64,000 nucleotides of DNA from Azolla caroliniana (Eukaryota; Plantae; Polypodiophyta), in NCBI GenBank assembly GCA_043228905.1, contig JBHGNT010000005.1, forward strand, positions 14,570,001-14,634,000, in the 5' to 3' direction. The first letter of the stretch is position 1. Each line of letters starts with the position of its first letter. Both the position numbers and the translations under genes were made by a program. Positions 60,970 to 64,000 of the stretch are shown here, piece by piece. The notes beneath the pieces are model-generated. The model worked only from the letters and a program-made list of their open reading frames with translations, had not been told where the DNA came from and did no database searches.

Positions 60970-63810
60970 ACGTGTGAGCTAGCCGAGCGAGCCATAGTGC
61001 TTCTTTCACCGCGTCGGACATGGCTACATATTCGGCCTTGCTTGTTGAGGTCGTAGTGCACTCTTGAAGTTTTGACTTCCATGAGGTTGCTCCCTTGCCG
61101 AATTTAAAGCAGTATCCAGTTCCTGATTTTCGAATGTCCACACAATCGGAAACGTCTGATACTTTTCAATCAACTATGCCTAAAGTATCATTCGAGCCAA
61201 ATAGGATGTCATAGCCTTTTGTGCCCACTAGGTATTTGAACACATGCTTTACTGCGTTCCAATGTGATCGACCAGGATTGTGCATAAACTTGCTGACAAC
61301 TCCTATGACATGAGCAATGTTAGGCGGTTTCGCGACCATCGCGTACATCAAGGAGTTGTTTGCTAGTGCATATAGTACCGACTTCATATCTTCCCCCTCT
61401 GGACCGAATGTCGGGTAGTCTCGCTGAGACAGTGGAAGACTAGTTGGGAACGGGGTCGAAGCATATTTGGTTAATTGCATGTTGAAGCGTTCTAAGACTC
61501 GTCCAATATAATCGGCTTGAGATAGAAACAGTTGTTGTCAATTTCGAATCTAACTTTTCTTCATTCCCAAAATGTGTCTTGCCGGATCGAGGTCGTTCAT
61601 GGCAAACTTCAACTAACATTGCCAAACAAGTTTGGCTAGCTCTTCAACATGACCGGAGAGTAGCATATCATCCACGTAGATCATGAGGAAGATGGGTGAC
61701 TCATGTTGACCTATTTTAGTGACGAGGCAGTGGTCTTCATCACTCTTCAAGAAGACGACCATTTAGATGAAGTCGTCGAACTTCTTATACCACTACTGTG
61801 GTGACTGCTTTAGGTCATATAGAATCTTTCTGAGTCGGCAAACTAGATGTTTGTGGTCGGATACCACAAACCCTTTCAGCTACTCCATATAAATTTCCTC
61901 CTCTAGTTCCCCATGAAGGAAAGCCTTTTTAACATCTAAATCCTCGGTTGCCACGATGCCACTAGTGAAAAGATTTTGTCGAAGTCGGCGCCATATTCCT
62001 GTCGAAACCCTTTTACAACTAATTTGGCCTTGAATTTTGGCATGGTGGAATCATATGTCTCTTTTAGTCTATAGACCCATTTGCATAGAAGATCACATCG
62101 ATTCTTCGATAATTCAATTAGGTTCCAAGTCTTGTTTTGTTGAATGGAGTTCATCTCTGACTCCATCTCCAAATGTCATGTAGTTGAATCGGTTGACGCC
62201 GATGCTTCTTCGTATGACGTCAACTCACCACCATTCGTGAAGAAGATTCCATGAGAGTATCCCTCCGGAGGCTGTGATAGTCTCTTAGACCTTCTTGGTA
62301 TGACTGGACTAGTCACATCGGGTGTCTAGATCAGATGGTCTAGAGCTGAAACATTCAGTTGTGCCAAATCAGTCGATGACAAATCAATGTTGGTGGATTC
62401 GGCTACCCATGAAGCCAACCTCGTGTTATGGGTTGGGCCATCATGAAGGGTAGGCACCTCGGAAAAAGTTACCCTTCGGACTTCAATAGGCCTTTCGACC
62501 GTCTTATGCTTAACCAACTCATTGAACACTACGTCTGAACTTCAGACGATTTTTCTGCGCTCAGTGTCCCATAGTTGGTATCTGATCATGCCGTCTGGTC
62601 CATGGCCACGGAAAATGCCTTTCTTGGACCTCGGTTCTACTTTTCAGTGATCATCTTTCAATATGAGAGTATATGCCTTGCATTCGAAAATCCTTAGCTT
62701 GTCGTAATTTGCCTTACAGCCTCTCCATAATTCTTGAGGTATTCGAAGACCTAGAGGCCTACTCGGCGACATATTGATTATGTGTACTGCTATAAGTAGG
62801 GCCTCTACCTAGAAGCGATCTGATAGTCCGGAGTGTTGGAGCATAGAAACAAGTCGTTCTTGAATTTTCCGATTCATCCATTCGGCAATTCCATTTTCGT
62901 TGTGTATTCTCGTTGAATGCCGTGTTGTCGGCAAAATTTGACGAATTCTACAAACTTCAACTTTGCCCCATTGTTGGTTCGAAGACATTTCAATTTTGAT
63001 TTTACTTATTCTCTACCATGGTGAGCCATTCCTAAAAGATTGGGAACACTCAATCTTTTGTTTTGGTTGGATATGCCCACAAGGTCGAGTCATCAATAAA
63101 GCTGACAAAATACAAGGCACCACCAAGAGACTGATGTGGCATCGGGCCATAGACGTCCGAGTGGACCAAATCGAGCGGGATTGATTCTCTTGGTGCTACA
63201 GTCGGGCATGAGGCCATGACCCTCTTCCCATACTAGCAATGCTCATAGAATTGCTAGTCAGAGAAGGAGAGTTTGGGGATGTATCCGGCTCTAGATAAGT
63301 GTGTGATGTTGGCTATGCTGAGGTGTCCGAGTCAACCATGCCATAATGATGACACGGGAATGTTGACTAGAAACAAGTCACCTTCTCTAAGTGTGACATA
63401 TAGCGGGTACGTTGAATGTACTTTCAGCCCTGGAGCAAGTAGGAGGTTCCCCCTGTGCATTGTCTACCCTGTTGATGAGAAGCCCTGTTGATGAGAAGCC
63501 AGAACAAATGCCCTTTTGATCAAGTTGCCCGACCGAGATCAATGGTCTTGAGAGCTTTGGTACATGTCGGACATCGTGTAGTATTAATGTAGAGCCACAC
63601 GGAAGGTTAAGCTCTATAGTGCCGATTCCAATTATGGCACAGTGTTGCAAGCTTCCGACTTGGACTAAGTCGGAATGTTGGGCTTAATATTACCAAAATT
63701 AGGATCTATGAGGGGTCACATCAAAGGAAGTGCTTGAATCCAAGAGCCATGTGCTCGATTACTCAGTCGCAAGCAGAACTTTTGATTCAACATGGTTTTC
63801 AATCGATAGT
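60970..63810 (-). pseudogene. pol: Heavily decayed Copia pol (PR-INT-RT-RH)
   Basis: WLLDSSTSFD, LHDVRHVPKLSRPLISVGQLD, CKWVYRLK, YVDDMLL and SKFMHNPGRSHWNAVK, with many stops. Confidence 0.9.
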
Positions 63811-63817
63811 ACATTGG

Positions 63818-64000
63818 GGTCAGTCCTTTATGGGCTTGTATAAAAGTGCTCACTGAGCACATTCTATTATTTTGAATTTTGAATTCTCTATTCTTAAGCT
63901 TCCATTAAACCTTCACTCTCTGTTTTATTGTTGTAATCTAGTTGAGCCGGTTTGTCTACAAGCTTTCGTACGCTATTCTTTACATGGTATCAAAGCGCTT
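63818..64000 (+). mobile_element. 3' half of a Copia LTR (ends 63984) plus Met PBS 63985-63996
   Basis: Similar to 26445-26647 (CTTGTATAAAAGTGCTCAC; GCCGGTTTGTCTACA), then TGGTATCAAAGC. Confidence 0.8.

Overview
This is eukaryotic, transposon-saturated plant DNA; the retroelement lineages suggest a non-seed land plant, most likely a fern (inference). There is no intact host gene. The window is mostly nested LTR retrotransposons. (1) A young non-chromoviral Gypsy element (5283-15081) has a 994-aa extra ORF and carries a tRNA-Arg 3'-end mimic where the PPT should be. (2) A large nest at 29155-56197 is built on a fungal/Ylt1-like, tRNA-Trp-primed Gypsy with 4-bp CpG-centred TSDs. It hosts a Copia (32462-45738), which hosts an intact Tork-like Copia (38869-44186), and a self-priming Tcn1-like chromovirus (47098-53428), which hosts a solo LTR. 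(3) Several decayed Gypsy and Copia relics and solo LTRs fill the rest. Non-LTR content includes a decayed multi-exon RING plus FCP1/NIF-domain gene next to a putative DNA-transposon end, and an intron-containing fragment of a bacterial-type N4-cytosine/N6-adenine DNA methyltransferase (26648-27284). Three different LTR families carry antisense tRNA-like Pol III promoter cassettes. All calls were made by eye; no database searches were run, and tRNA assignments rest on recalled plant tRNA 3' ends.
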